A stretch of 64,000 nucleotides of DNA from Thecamonas trahens ATCC 50062 (taxonomy: Eukaryota; Protista; Apusomonadida), in NCBI RefSeq assembly GCF_000142905.1, contig NW_013657607.1:36066-100065 (forward strand). Reading direction: 5' to 3'. Both the position numbers and the translations under genes were made by a program. The first letter of the stretch is position 1; each line of letters begins with the position of its first letter. The notes beneath the pieces were generated by a model. That model was not told the DNA's origin. It searched no databases and saw only the letters and a program-made list of their open reading frames with translations. Shown one piece after another: positions 1 through 10,186 of this stretch.

Positions 1-12
1 CCGGTGCTCTCG

Positions 13-106
13 CCCTCGCTCGCCCTCGCCATCGCCCTCGCCCTCGCCCTCGCCATCGCCCTCGCCCTCGCCATCGCCCTCGCCATCGCCCTCGCCCTCG
101 CCCTCG
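13..106. repeat. (CTCGCC/ATCGCC)n hexamer microsatellite
   Basis: Directly visible tandem hexamers just upstream of the ATG at 134. Confidence 0.9.
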
Positions 107-133
107 CTCCATCGCCATCGCTCCATCCCCAGC

Positions 134-2170
134 ATGCTCACGGGCCTGTCACGGGAGATCTTGCAACTCATCGCATACGCGACAAACAGGCTGACAGCTG
201 GCGAGGTACTCTCGCTCGCCCTCACCTGCCGCTACCTCTACACGGCGCTCCTCGGCTCGCCCTTTACCCGATCGCTACATCATGCCCTTGGTGGCCTCGA
301 ACACTGCATCCGCAGCCAGGCATGGGCCGGTGGCAGACGGATCATTGCCTCGTCGGCCTCCTCGCCTCTGCCGGCAGACCTCATCCACATGGTCTTTGCC
401 ACAGGCGATGAGGAGTGCCACCAGTGGATGGCCCTCGTCAGAGACATGGCCACCCGCCGCATGGTCTTCCATCCCTCGTGGGGGCTGTCCTCCTCGGGCA
501 CGCCCGCCATGCCGTCCTACTCCGTCCGACTCGCCTTCCTCCGTCGAGTCTTCGGCGCCCGCTTCCTCCCGCTACCGCTCGCTGCCCTCGCTGCTCTCTA
601 TGGCCACCAAGCCACGGCGCTTGAGCTCGCCCAACCGACCGACAAGCCGCTCTCGCCCTTGGCTCTCCTCGCTGTCGCCGCTTGTGCCGTCAAGGCCAAC
701 ACCATCGAGCTCATGGCCGCTCTTGCTCCACTGGTTGACCTGGCCGGACGCTCGGAGCTCCTCCTCCGACTGGCGATCGACCTTGGCCGGCAGGAGATGG
801 TCCGGCTGCTGGTGGATGACGCAAAGGTGAAGCGCGCTGTCTTGCCCAGCTCGCTGCTTGTCCGCGCCATGCGGTCTCCGCATCCCCACATCGCCATCAT
901 GCTCCTCGACCACCCGCTCCTTGATCCGTCGTCTGACATGGCTGACTTGCTCACCAAGGCCTGCTCCTTTGGCCGGGCAGATGTGGTCCACCGCCTGCTC
1001 GCTCAGCCATCCGCCGTCCTTGATGTGCCCCTCCTTCACCGTCTTCTCCGCGCTGTCACCGACTCTGCGTCTACCGCCTCCCTCGCCGCTGTTCTCGCTG
1101 CCGCCACTGCCGCAGGCATCGCGCCCGACCCGAGCGACGTCGACAATGTCATCGCCATTGCCATGACCGGGAGGCATACCGACCTTGTTTTGCTCCTTTT
1201 GTCCGTCGACGGCGTCGATGGCAACGCGGCGCTATGTCGTGCCGCTGCAGCCGGCCTCGACGACGTTGTCCGCTCTCTGCTGGCCGACCCGTCGGTTCAT
1301 CCTGGCCACGACCAGCAGCGTGCGCTGTGCGCGGCGGCATCAGGCGGACACGATGCCGTCGTCAAGCTGCTCCTCGCTGATCCGCGGGTCGATCCTGCCA
1401 GCAACACCAGCGCCGCCCTCCGCCACGCTGCTTCTGCCGGCCGCACATCCGTCGTTGCCCTCCTCCTCGCTGCCCCGGGCATCGATCCATTTGCCGACAA
1501 CTTGCACGCGCTCCGCAGCGCGCGGCTGCATGGTTACATGGACGTTGTCGAGCTCCTCCTTGCCCATCCGGCCGCCGATCCAGCGCTCGACGACAACTAC
1601 CCGATCCGCCTCGCCGCCGCCCTCGGCCGAACAGCCCGGCTGGGCGAGCTCCTTGCCACACCCGGCGTCGATCCGACCGCCGCCGACAACGAGGCCCTGT
1701 GCAAGGCGACCGAGGCCGGTCACGCGTCGGCAGTAGCGCTCCTGCTCGCCGACGGGCGGGCCGATCCGGCTGCCCGGGACAACCTGCCGCTGCGCAAGGC
1801 GGCGGCGCACGGGTACGCCGCCATTGTCGCAAATCTTCTCGCCTCCGGACGGGTCGATCCCGCCGCCGACGGCAACTACGCCATCCGCATGGCCGCCAGC
1901 CGTGGCCATCTCGCCGTCGTCGACCTTCTCCTCGCCCAGCCAGGCGTCGATCCGACCGCCTTCTCCTCCACCGCCCTCGTCATCGCCGCCATAGCCGGCC
2001 ACACCGACATCGTCACCGCCATCCTCGCCACGCCCTTCCGCCCCCTTCACCAGCACGCAGACCTCTGCCGCGCCGCAAACTCTGCCCGCAGCTGTGGCCA
2101 GATCGAGATCGCCGCCATCATCGACGCCGCCATCACCTCGCTATCCCCGCCCAGCCCCAGCCGACCTTGA
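134..2170 (+). CDS. Ankyrin-repeat protein with N-terminal F-box-like motif (678 aa)
   Basis: More than ten ankyrin-type repeats (e.g. ALCAAASGGHDAVVKLLLADPRVDP, AIRMAASRGHLAVVDLLLAQPGVDP). The N-terminus LTGLSREILQLIA...VLSLALTCRYLY resembles an F-box. Confidence 0.88.
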   Translation: MLTGLSREILQLIAYATNRLTAGEVLSLALTCRYLYTALLGSPFTRSLHHALGGLEHCIRSQAWAGGRRIIASSASSPLPADLIHMVFATGDEECHQWMALVRDMATRRMVFHPSWGLSSSGTPAMPSYSVRLAFLRRVFGARFLPLPLAALAALYGHQATALELAQPTDKPLSPLALLAVAACAVKANTIELMAALAPLVDLAGRSELLLRLAIDLGRQEMVRLLVDDAKVKRAVLPSSLLVRAMRSPHPHIAIMLLDHPLLDPSSDMADLLTKACSFGRADVVHRLLAQPSAVLDVPLLHRLLRAVTDSASTASLAAVLAAATAAGIAPDPSDVDNVIAIAMTGRHTDLVLLLLSVDGVDGNAALCRAAAAGLDDVVRSLLADPSVHPGHDQQRALCAAASGGHDAVVKLLLADPRVDPASNTSAALRHAASAGRTSVVALLLAAPGIDPFADNLHALRSARLHGYMDVVELLLAHPAADPALDDNYPIRLAAALGRTARLGELLATPGVDPTAADNEALCKATEAGHASAVALLLADGRADPAARDNLPLRKAAAHGYAAIVANLLASGRVDPAADGNYAIRMAASRGHLAVVDLLLAQPGVDPTAFSSTALVIAAIAGHTDIVTAILATPFRPLHQHADLCRAANSARSCGQIEIAAIIDAAITSLSPPSPSRP

Positions 2171-2417
2171 TGAAACTACCACTCGGCCATGACTGCCACC
2201 GTGTGTGTGCAAGGAGTACCGGTGCGGAGAATACCGGGTGCGGTGGAGAGACGTGCAATTTTTTTTTTGGGCATCGCTCCCGCTCACCATCTTCCGTCCA
2301 AAGCGGAAAGCGACGACGCTTTCTTTTTTTTTTTTTTCGGCGGCGGCGGCAGATAGCGGCGGTGGGAGCGGGAGGTGAGCACTCAACGCACGCCTGTGTG
2401 GGACGAGTGCAGTGAGG

Positions 2418-5400
2418 ATGGATGATGAGATTGAATTTGGAGAGAGCATGTGCGTGTGCGACTTGATGGGCATCACCGACGTTTGCATGTGTGGTTCTGG
2501 CTTGGCTGTCCCTCCTGGAAATGGCGGGAACACTCGCGCGTCTTTCTCTGTCGCTGACGAGCGAGCGGCGAGTGACCTCTGCCGTTCTTCCGGCCACCTG
2601 GCCGGTGGGCAGGGGCATGGTGTGGGGGCGGACGGGGAGGGTGAGAGGGACGAAAACGGGACCATAGACGGGAAAGAAGCTGTTACATGTGAGGACGCGT
2701 TTGCAGACATGCTCGTGGACGCTATCCTCACACAGCTCCATCCCAACTCTGCCATCCCTCCGCGCGTGCCGCACCAAGTCACGCCTTTCTCGCCTTCCGA
2801 CAACCATGGCACTCGGCCCGCCAACAACAACAATTGTTCAGCCAACGATTATGCTCATCCCGCCAACAACAACAATCGTTCAGCCAACGATTATGCTCAT
2901 CCCACCAACAACAACAATTGTTCAGCCAACGATTATGCTCCGCCCGCCAACAACAACAATTGTTCAGCCAACGATCATGCTCATCCCGCCAACAACAACA
3001 ATCGTTCAGCCAACGATTATGCTCATCCCGCCAACAACAACAATTGTTCAGCAAACGATTATGCTCCGCCCGCCAACAACAACAATTGTTCAGCCAACGA
3101 TTATGCTCATCCCGCCAACAACAACAATCGTTCAGCCAACGATTATGCTCATCCTGCCAACAACAACAATCGTTCAGCCAACGATTATGCTCCATCGGCG
3201 GCGCCCACACCCATCCCTGACCGCAGCTCGGCTCCGCCGCCAAGCTCGTCACTCGCAGCGACAAGATCGCATCATGGAGAGGATGCTCAGGGGAGCGCCC
3301 ACGGGCTGCCGACGACGCCACTGCTGGCCTCGTCGCTGCCGAGCGGCATGACGGTGCTGGCGGACAGATCGGTGACGACCACCGAGTCGCCCGTCCGCCG
3401 CTCATCGTCGCTGACATGCTCGACGCTCCGCACCTCGTCCGAGACCCTCGACGAGATTGAGGACGCAGACCCGACCGACGGCGATGCGTCCGACTCGGAG
3501 CTCGACTCGGATCCACTCCACGTCGCCTCGATCTTCCTCTCGGCCGTCACCAAGCGCTTTGCCGGCGCCTTTCCTGCTGCCGCCGCCGCAGAGCCTGCCG
3601 TCGACGCCGCGCCTGCTGCCGCCATCACGTCGATGGCGACCTCGCTTGCGGGATGGACGTGCGCGGCAAAGGCTGCCAAGTTGGCTGTCGCAGAGCGGAC
3701 CGCCGCCAACGTTGCTGCCGCCGCTGCAGCCATGCCCGACGACTTGCCGACCTCGCCCTCGAGTCCGTCGAGCCCGAGCAGCCCCACTCAGCTCGGCTCG
3801 CCGCCGCTGGCTGCCTCGTTCGCCATTGCCTCGCTGGCCCAATCGTCGTCGTCCTCGCTCGCCACCTCTGAGTCGACCGAGCTCCTCGGCGGGTCATCGT
3901 CGGACGATGACGCTGACGACGACGACGACGACGACGATGACGGCGGCAATGACGGCGACGGCGACGACAAAGGTGACGGCGGATGGGTCGATCTCGGCTC
4001 GTCGTCGCTCCTCTGCTCGGTCTCGCCGTACACGGCAGCGCTCTGCGCCGACGCCCGCTGGATGTGCACCCTGGCGGCGCTCGACGCAGCGGCCAAGCCT
4101 CTGGCAGCGTCGGGCATTGCCCACGCCGTCGCTGTCTGCGGGCCGGCGCGCATCAACGCGCTCTGCCGGGTCCTGGTCGTCACGCCGCAGCCAGAGGCGC
4201 TGACCGCAGCTGCAGCTGCGTCGGCGCTCCTTGCTGCCTTTCCGCGCACCCGCATCGCGAGCCCGGCCACCGCAGCCGCAGCCGCCGCGCCGCACATGTA
4301 CGCCCTTGTCGCCGGCGACGCCACCATCTTCCATGAGTACGCGACGCAGCGGCGGCAGCGGGCCGAGCTGCCGCACCCGCTGGCGGGCCTCCCGCAGGCG
4401 CGGATCCGCCACGCCGACGCGCTGGCAGCGCTGGCAGCCCTCGGCGACGCGCCGCCAGACGACCTCGTCGAGGCCATCACCACGGTCGTCGCCGCCCTCG
4501 CCGCCTTCTTCAACGTCTCGCCGAGGCTGGTCACCGGCCAGCGGCGGCGGCCCGGGGCGCCGCCGACAGAGCTCCTCCTCGCCGCGCTTGTTGCCGCCCA
4601 GGTGGTCAACAGCTACGTGGCGTCACAGCTTGTCGCCGCCCTCCACGCCTTGGTCGGCTCATCGGCGCTCGCTGCCGAGGCTGCGCCGGTAGCAGCGCCA
4701 ACCATCGCCACGCCGCTCGCGCACATGGCGGCGGACATGGCGGGCGGGATGGCGCGGTGCGGCGCGGCGGCGGCGCCGCGGGCACTGGACACATCCAACG
4801 CGGCGCTCCTGGCGGCGCTTCCCTTTCGTGACGCTGGGTACCTCGCGGCGGCGGCGTGGCGGGTCAGCCTCGACGGCATCTCCTCGCCAGTCTGCACCTA
4901 CGGCATGGCCGGGACCCGCGGCCCGCCGCGGCGGTACGCCGGGCTCGGCATCGGCATGGGCGCGCCCGTCCGCGGAGCGTGCCACCTCGGCGCCGCCATC
5001 CGGGAGATCGACGGCGAGGCATGGCCCGAGTTCCTCGCCTCGCGCGATGCCTTCTGCGCCCGCTATCCGGCCTACCGCGCCGTCTTCTACTCGGCCACCA
5101 CCGATGAGGTCCGTATGCTCGCACCCCAGGCCGTGGGCCAGCTGTTCGGCTCGGCGGTGCTGGCCGGCAACGCCCGCGTCCGCGTCGGCGCCTTTGACTT
5201 TCTCCTCGCCGACGCCACCGCCCCGCACGAGGTGGCCGTCTCCGTCCTGGCGCGGGCGCTCTTCCACGGCGGCGCGAGCGGACGCTCGCCACATCCGGGC
5301 GGCGTGCCCGCCGCTGATCTGGTCAAGGTCTTCTACCTCAACAAGATCCACGTCTTCCTCGTCACCCACGCCGTCCACGGCCCGCTCCTCGCCGACGCCC

Positions 5401-7690
5401 TCCGCGCCGCGCCCCCAACCTCGGCAGCGCCACTCGCCCTTGATCCGTACTCCTTCTCCCTCCACACTGTCCTCGCCCTCATCACCTCGCCCGAGGACGC
5501 CTGCCCGCGCGGCTACGTGGCCGAGCACCTGCCGCCGCTGCCGGCTGCGGTCATCGCGCCGGGAGACGTCTCGCTCGCCGCCTCGCCGCTCGGCTTGGTC
5601 CGCACAGGCCGCGGGCGGGCCTTTGTCGAGCCGACCGCCAAGGGCGGCCGCCTCTCGGCCCGGCTTGCCCTCCTGAAGAACGTGCTCTTCTGCATGCGCG
5701 CCGGGATGCGGGCCAAGGTCGACAGCGCGCTGGCGGCGCAGCTGGCGCACGCGCCCGATGGGCGGACCATCGTCGACCTCACGCTGGACGTCCTCCGCGG
5801 CATGGAGCTGCGGATGTCCGAGGCGCCGGCGATGCTCAAGGCCGGCCTTGTCCACCTGCTCGTCGCCCGCATCGACGACGTCGTCGGCACCGTCTGCGCC
5901 GACCCGGCCATGACCCACACCGAGCTGCTGGCCACCGCCCAGCCGCAGCTCGCCACCATCTATGCCAAAGCCGCCAAGACGCCATGCCCGGTCAAGGCCT
6001 TTATCACCGGCATCCTCCGCAAGCAGTGGCGCTGCGGCCGCCGCCTCAGCCCGGACGAGATCCTCGACGCCCAGATGTGTCTGCCGACGAGCGTGGTGAG
6101 TGGCGGGCGGGCGCGGTCGTGGTCGCGGACGCGGTCGCGGACGCGGTCGTCGTCGGCTGCCGGGCACAAGGGCCTGGGCCTCGGGCGCAAGCGGTCCAAG
6201 AGCGGCGCCATTGTCACGGCGCTGAGCGAGGACGGAGGAACGGCCGGCGAGCAGGGCGATCTCGAGGCGCTCGTTGTCCCGTCGCAGCTGCCGGGCGCCG
6301 GCGACGCGCCGCTGTGGTACGACGCGGCGCTGGTGGGCCTCGTCACCGCTGGCGACGCCGAGGGCTTTGCCAAGCTCCCGCACCGGCTGCTGATGCAGCG
6401 GATGCTGTCGGACATGGACTTTGGCGCGTGCGCCGTCGGCAGCAGCGCGCTCAAGACAATCCTCAAGGCGGCGACGCCGATGACGCTGCGGACGCTTGTC
6501 CTCCGCAACGTGGCGGTGCTGACGGACGTCCTCCTCGAGCCGCTGCTGGCCAAGACGCCGCATCTACAGGAGCTGGACGTGAGCGGCGGGGTGGAGCTGG
6601 TGACGGTGGGGCGGGTGGCGGCGCACTGCCGGCTCTCGCTCGCTGTCCTCCGGCTCGTCGGCTGCGTCCGCATCCCGCTCCCCGAGCTCGACCTCATCGA
6701 GGCTACCTGCACCCGCCTCCGGGCCGTCCACCTCGGCCCGAGCCACTCGAGGGACCTGTACTCGCCGGGCGCTACGTGCGCAGCCCATCCGCGGTGCCTG
6801 GTCACGGGCGCGCCGCACATTGTGTGGGCCCATCTGCCGCCGGGCATGCGTCGGGCGCTCGCCGCCTTTGCCGTCCCGCCGCCCTCGGCCACGCCGCGCG
6901 CCCTCTCGGCCTTTGCCTCGCGCATCCGCGTCGACCTGGCGTCGGCCGACCTCGCCGACGCCCTCGTCGCCAACATCGCCGTTGTTCTGCCCACCGCCGA
7001 GCGCATCTCCGCCCTCTCCATCGCCGACAACCCGCGCCTCACGGACGCCTCGCTCCTCCCGCTCGCCCGCGCCTTTGCCGCCAACGACTGCATCGTCGAG
7101 CTCGACGTCTCGGCCAACCCGGGCCTCTCGCCGCTGGCCACCATTGAGCTCGATGCCCTCCGCGCCACTCTCCTTGCCGACATCGGCCGCGAGCTGGTCC
7201 TCTCCGGCAGCTGCTGGGCCTCTGCCCGCGCCCTCTGCCCGGCGCAGGTCCCCTCGCCGCTCCCGCCGCGCTCCGTCCTCGCCGGCGAGGTCACAGCCGT
7301 CGCCGCCGTCTCGCCCACCGCCGTCATCGTCGGCTCGGCCGGCGGCAAGCTGGCCGTCATCGACTCGGCCTCGGGCTCGTCGCGGGTCGTTGACATTGTC
7401 CTCTCCTCGCCCGTCGTCGCCCTCACCATCGATGCTCCCCGCGGCAAGGTCCTCGCCGCCACTGCAGCCGGCCGCGTCGCCGTCCTCGCTCTCGCCTCGT
7501 GGCGCCTCCTCCGCATCCTCGACATGACCGCCGCCACAGATGACGCCGCCGTCACCGATGACGAGGTCTCGACCGAGTGCGTCACGCCGACAACACCGAC
7601 GACTCCCTCGGTGGCGTGGTCGTCGTCGGCGGCCTCGTCGCCCGCGCCTTCGCCCAAGCCGCTCACGCCGACGACGCCTTCATCGGCGGC

Positions 7691-7731
<41 letters not shown>

Positions 7732-8513
7732 GGCGGCCGAGCGCCACCTTTGCCGGCCTCCACACCCTCCCGGTCCCGCCGCCGATCCAGATCGGTCGGA
7801 ACGGGAGTGAGGTGGAGGGCGAGGGCGGCAGTGTTGGGTGCGACGAGCTGCTTGATGCGTTACCGGATGACGGGAGGGAGAGCGATGCGGTGGTGGGTGC
7901 GGTGGTGCTGCCGCGGAAGCGGGCGGTGGTGGCCAGCGCAGCGGGCGCAATGACCGAGTTCAAGCTGTCGAGCGGGCGCAAGGTGGCGGCGTTCGAGGCG
8001 CTGGCCATGCCCGGTGGGCGGCTGGTGGCGGTGGCAGTGACCGACGAGTGGGCGGTGGCGGCGGCGGACGCGTGTGGGCGACTGGCGTGGTGGACGCGCG
8101 CGGCGCGCGACTGGGTCCGCGTCGCCGAGATCAGCGTGGGCATGCGGACGGCGACGGTGGCGCTTGCCCGGGCGTGCGGTGAGAAGGTGATGTTGGTCTC
8201 GGTCGCCGGCGAGCTGGCGGTGGTTGACACGAGCGCGCAGCGGGTTGTTGCGCGCCGCTCTGACGTGCGCGGGCAGGCTGGGACCGTCCGCGCGGCGTAT
8301 CCGCTCGGCGGCGGCCTCGTCGCCGTCGTCGCTGCGCAGCCGTGGACGGTGACGGTGTGGAACGCGCGGACCGGGCTCTCTGTGGTGACCCACCTCGCAG
8401 TCCCGGCGCATCCGCTCGCCCCGGCCGCCGACTGGCACCACGTCGTCGTCGACCGCCGCAGCGGGGCGGTGGTGGTGGTCGGCGGCGGGGTGGTCCAGGT
8501 CATGAGCGTGTAG
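2418..8513 (+). CDS. Large multidomain protein: low-complexity N-terminus, degenerate PI3/PI4-kinase-like domain, leucine-rich repeats, C-terminal beta-propeller (WD40-like)
   Basis: Open frame of about 2030 aa; the true start is uncertain. LRRs (LQELDVSGG, ISALSIADNPRLTD, IVELDVSANP) at about 6400-7170. WD-like blades (VTAVAAVSPTAVIVGSAGGKLAVID; WTVTVWNARTG) at about 7280-8510. Kinase-like motifs LITSPEDACPRGY and AFVEP...KNVLFC at about 5450-5700. Confidence 0.7.
2817..3195 (+). repeat. 42-bp minisatellite, 9 copies (encodes PANNNN[C/R]SANDYA[H/P])
   Basis: Unit cccgccaacaacaacaattgttcagccaacgattatgctcat repeated head-to-tail, with no unique spacers. Confidence 0.95.
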
Positions 8514-8560
8514 GCGGCGGCGAGGGTGTTTAACGGCACCGCGGGGGAAGCGGGGGCCGA

Positions 8561-9783
8561 CTAGGCGGTAAACGGCTTGCCGTGGATAAAGTTGTGGAGG
8601 AGGACCGAGGCGACGGCGGGCTGGTCCATGGGCACGAGGTGACCGGCGTCCTCGATGTTGACGAGGGTGAGGCCACCGGCTGCCTTGGCCTGGCCGACCT
8701 CCTTGCCGGCGATGGTCCACGGCGCGAGGTGGGCGGCGTTAAAGGCGTCCTGGCCGGCAAAGCCGATCTCTGCGGTCCAGGCCTCTGCGCCGACGTAGTT
8801 GCAGATGAGGTCGTTCTTGCCCGAGTAGACCATGTACGGGAGGCCTGCGTCGAGGATGGCCTGGACGTCCGGGCCGGACGACATCATACGGTCGATGAGG
8901 AGCGGAATGCCTGCGGTGGTGGAGCAGTCGGTCCACTTGTAGCCAGCGGGGACGCCGAGGGCTGCGCGGGTGGCGGGCATGTTGACGTAGTCGGACATAA
9001 AGGTGAAGTTGTAGCCGAGCTTGCCGATGGACGGCTTCTTGATGTCGTACACGTTGATGTGGTGGCCGTCGATCTTGGGCGCGGTCTCGATGATGAGGGC
9101 CATGATGGCGGAGCAGGCGTCCTCGGCCTCGATCCACTTCTCAATGGACGGGTTGGCGACAGCCGAGTTGTACAGCTCGCGGCAGGCAAAGGTGGCGGCG
9201 TCGACGGCGAGCTTCGAGGCACCGTGGATGAGGCCGTTGGCCGTGGCAAAGGCGCCGTACGTCTCGTACTGGGTGAGCGGGACGGACCACGGGTCGCCGG
9301 TGGCGCAGCCGCGGAGGTTGAGGCCGGCCTTGTTGACGGTGTTGAGGATGCGGGCGCAGAGCGAGGGCACGTAGCGGCCGGCGTACGACTCGCCGGTGAT
9401 GTACAGCGGAGCCTTGGCGTACGCCGGGAACTGCTTGAGCAGGCCTTGCAGAAAGTCGACGAGGTAGAGCGAGATGATCTCCTCGTTGGTCTCCACGTCG
9501 GGCGACTCGGGCGAGAAGCCGGTGCCAAACGGCTGGTCGACCCACACCACGTTGGCCTCGTTGTTCCACGCATCAGCGTTCCGCTCCAGCTGCAGCGTCT
9601 GCGCGTTGATCCGCGCCGGGCCGTTCTCGGCAAAGAACGCCGTGACGGACGAGCATCCCGGCCCGCCCGTGAGCCACAGGACGAGCGGCGCCGTCTCGGG
9701 CGCCTTTCGGGCCTCGGCGAGGATGTAGAAGAACTTGGACTGGAACTCGGGCTCGACCACGACGTAGCCGGCGTAGAGGGTGT
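8561..9783 (-). CDS. Serine carboxypeptidase, family S10 (3' exon; 5' exon or signal peptide not located)
   Basis: Motifs YAGYV, PLVLWLTGGPGCSS, WVDQPFGTGFS, GESYAG (Ser), DLICN (Asp) and AGHLVPMDQP (His). Probable splice acceptor ctcgcag|AC ACC CTC TAC GCC GGC TAC at 9786-9784. Confidence 0.93.
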
Positions 9784-9821
9784 CTGCGAGAGTGTGTTGT
9801 GGGAGCGTGGGTGGCGACGGT

Positions 9822-9991
9822 GATCATGACGATGACGATGATGATCATGGTCATCATCATCATCATAGTCATCATCATCATCATCATCATAGTCATCATA
9901 GTCATCATCATCATCATTGTCATCATCATCATCATTGTCATCATCATCATCATGGTCATCATCATCATCATCATCATCATGGTCATCATGG

Positions 9992-10049
<58 letters not shown>

Positions 10050-10065
10050 GTCATCATCATCATGG

Positions 10066-10096
<31 letters not shown>

Positions 10097-10110
10097 GGTC
10101 ATCACCATCA
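9822..10110. repeat. (CAT)n trinucleotide microsatellite
   Basis: About 290 bp of imperfect CAT repeats between two divergent genes. Confidence 0.95.
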
Positions 10111-10186
10111 CCCCCATCACCATCCCCCCCCCTCCCCTCCACCCCCACCCCCTCTCCCACCCACCCCACCTCCCCACTTCCCCACC

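Noticed and set aside
2817-3195. CRISPR array
   Set aside because: The units are contiguous with no unique spacers, there are no cas genes, and the context is eukaryotic.
4659-8539. Long antisense and alternate-frame ORFs (634 aa and 859 aa here, and similar ones throughout the window)
   Set aside because: Expected shadow ORFs in high-GC coding DNA. They have Arg/Ala/Ser-rich composition and no recognisable motifs.
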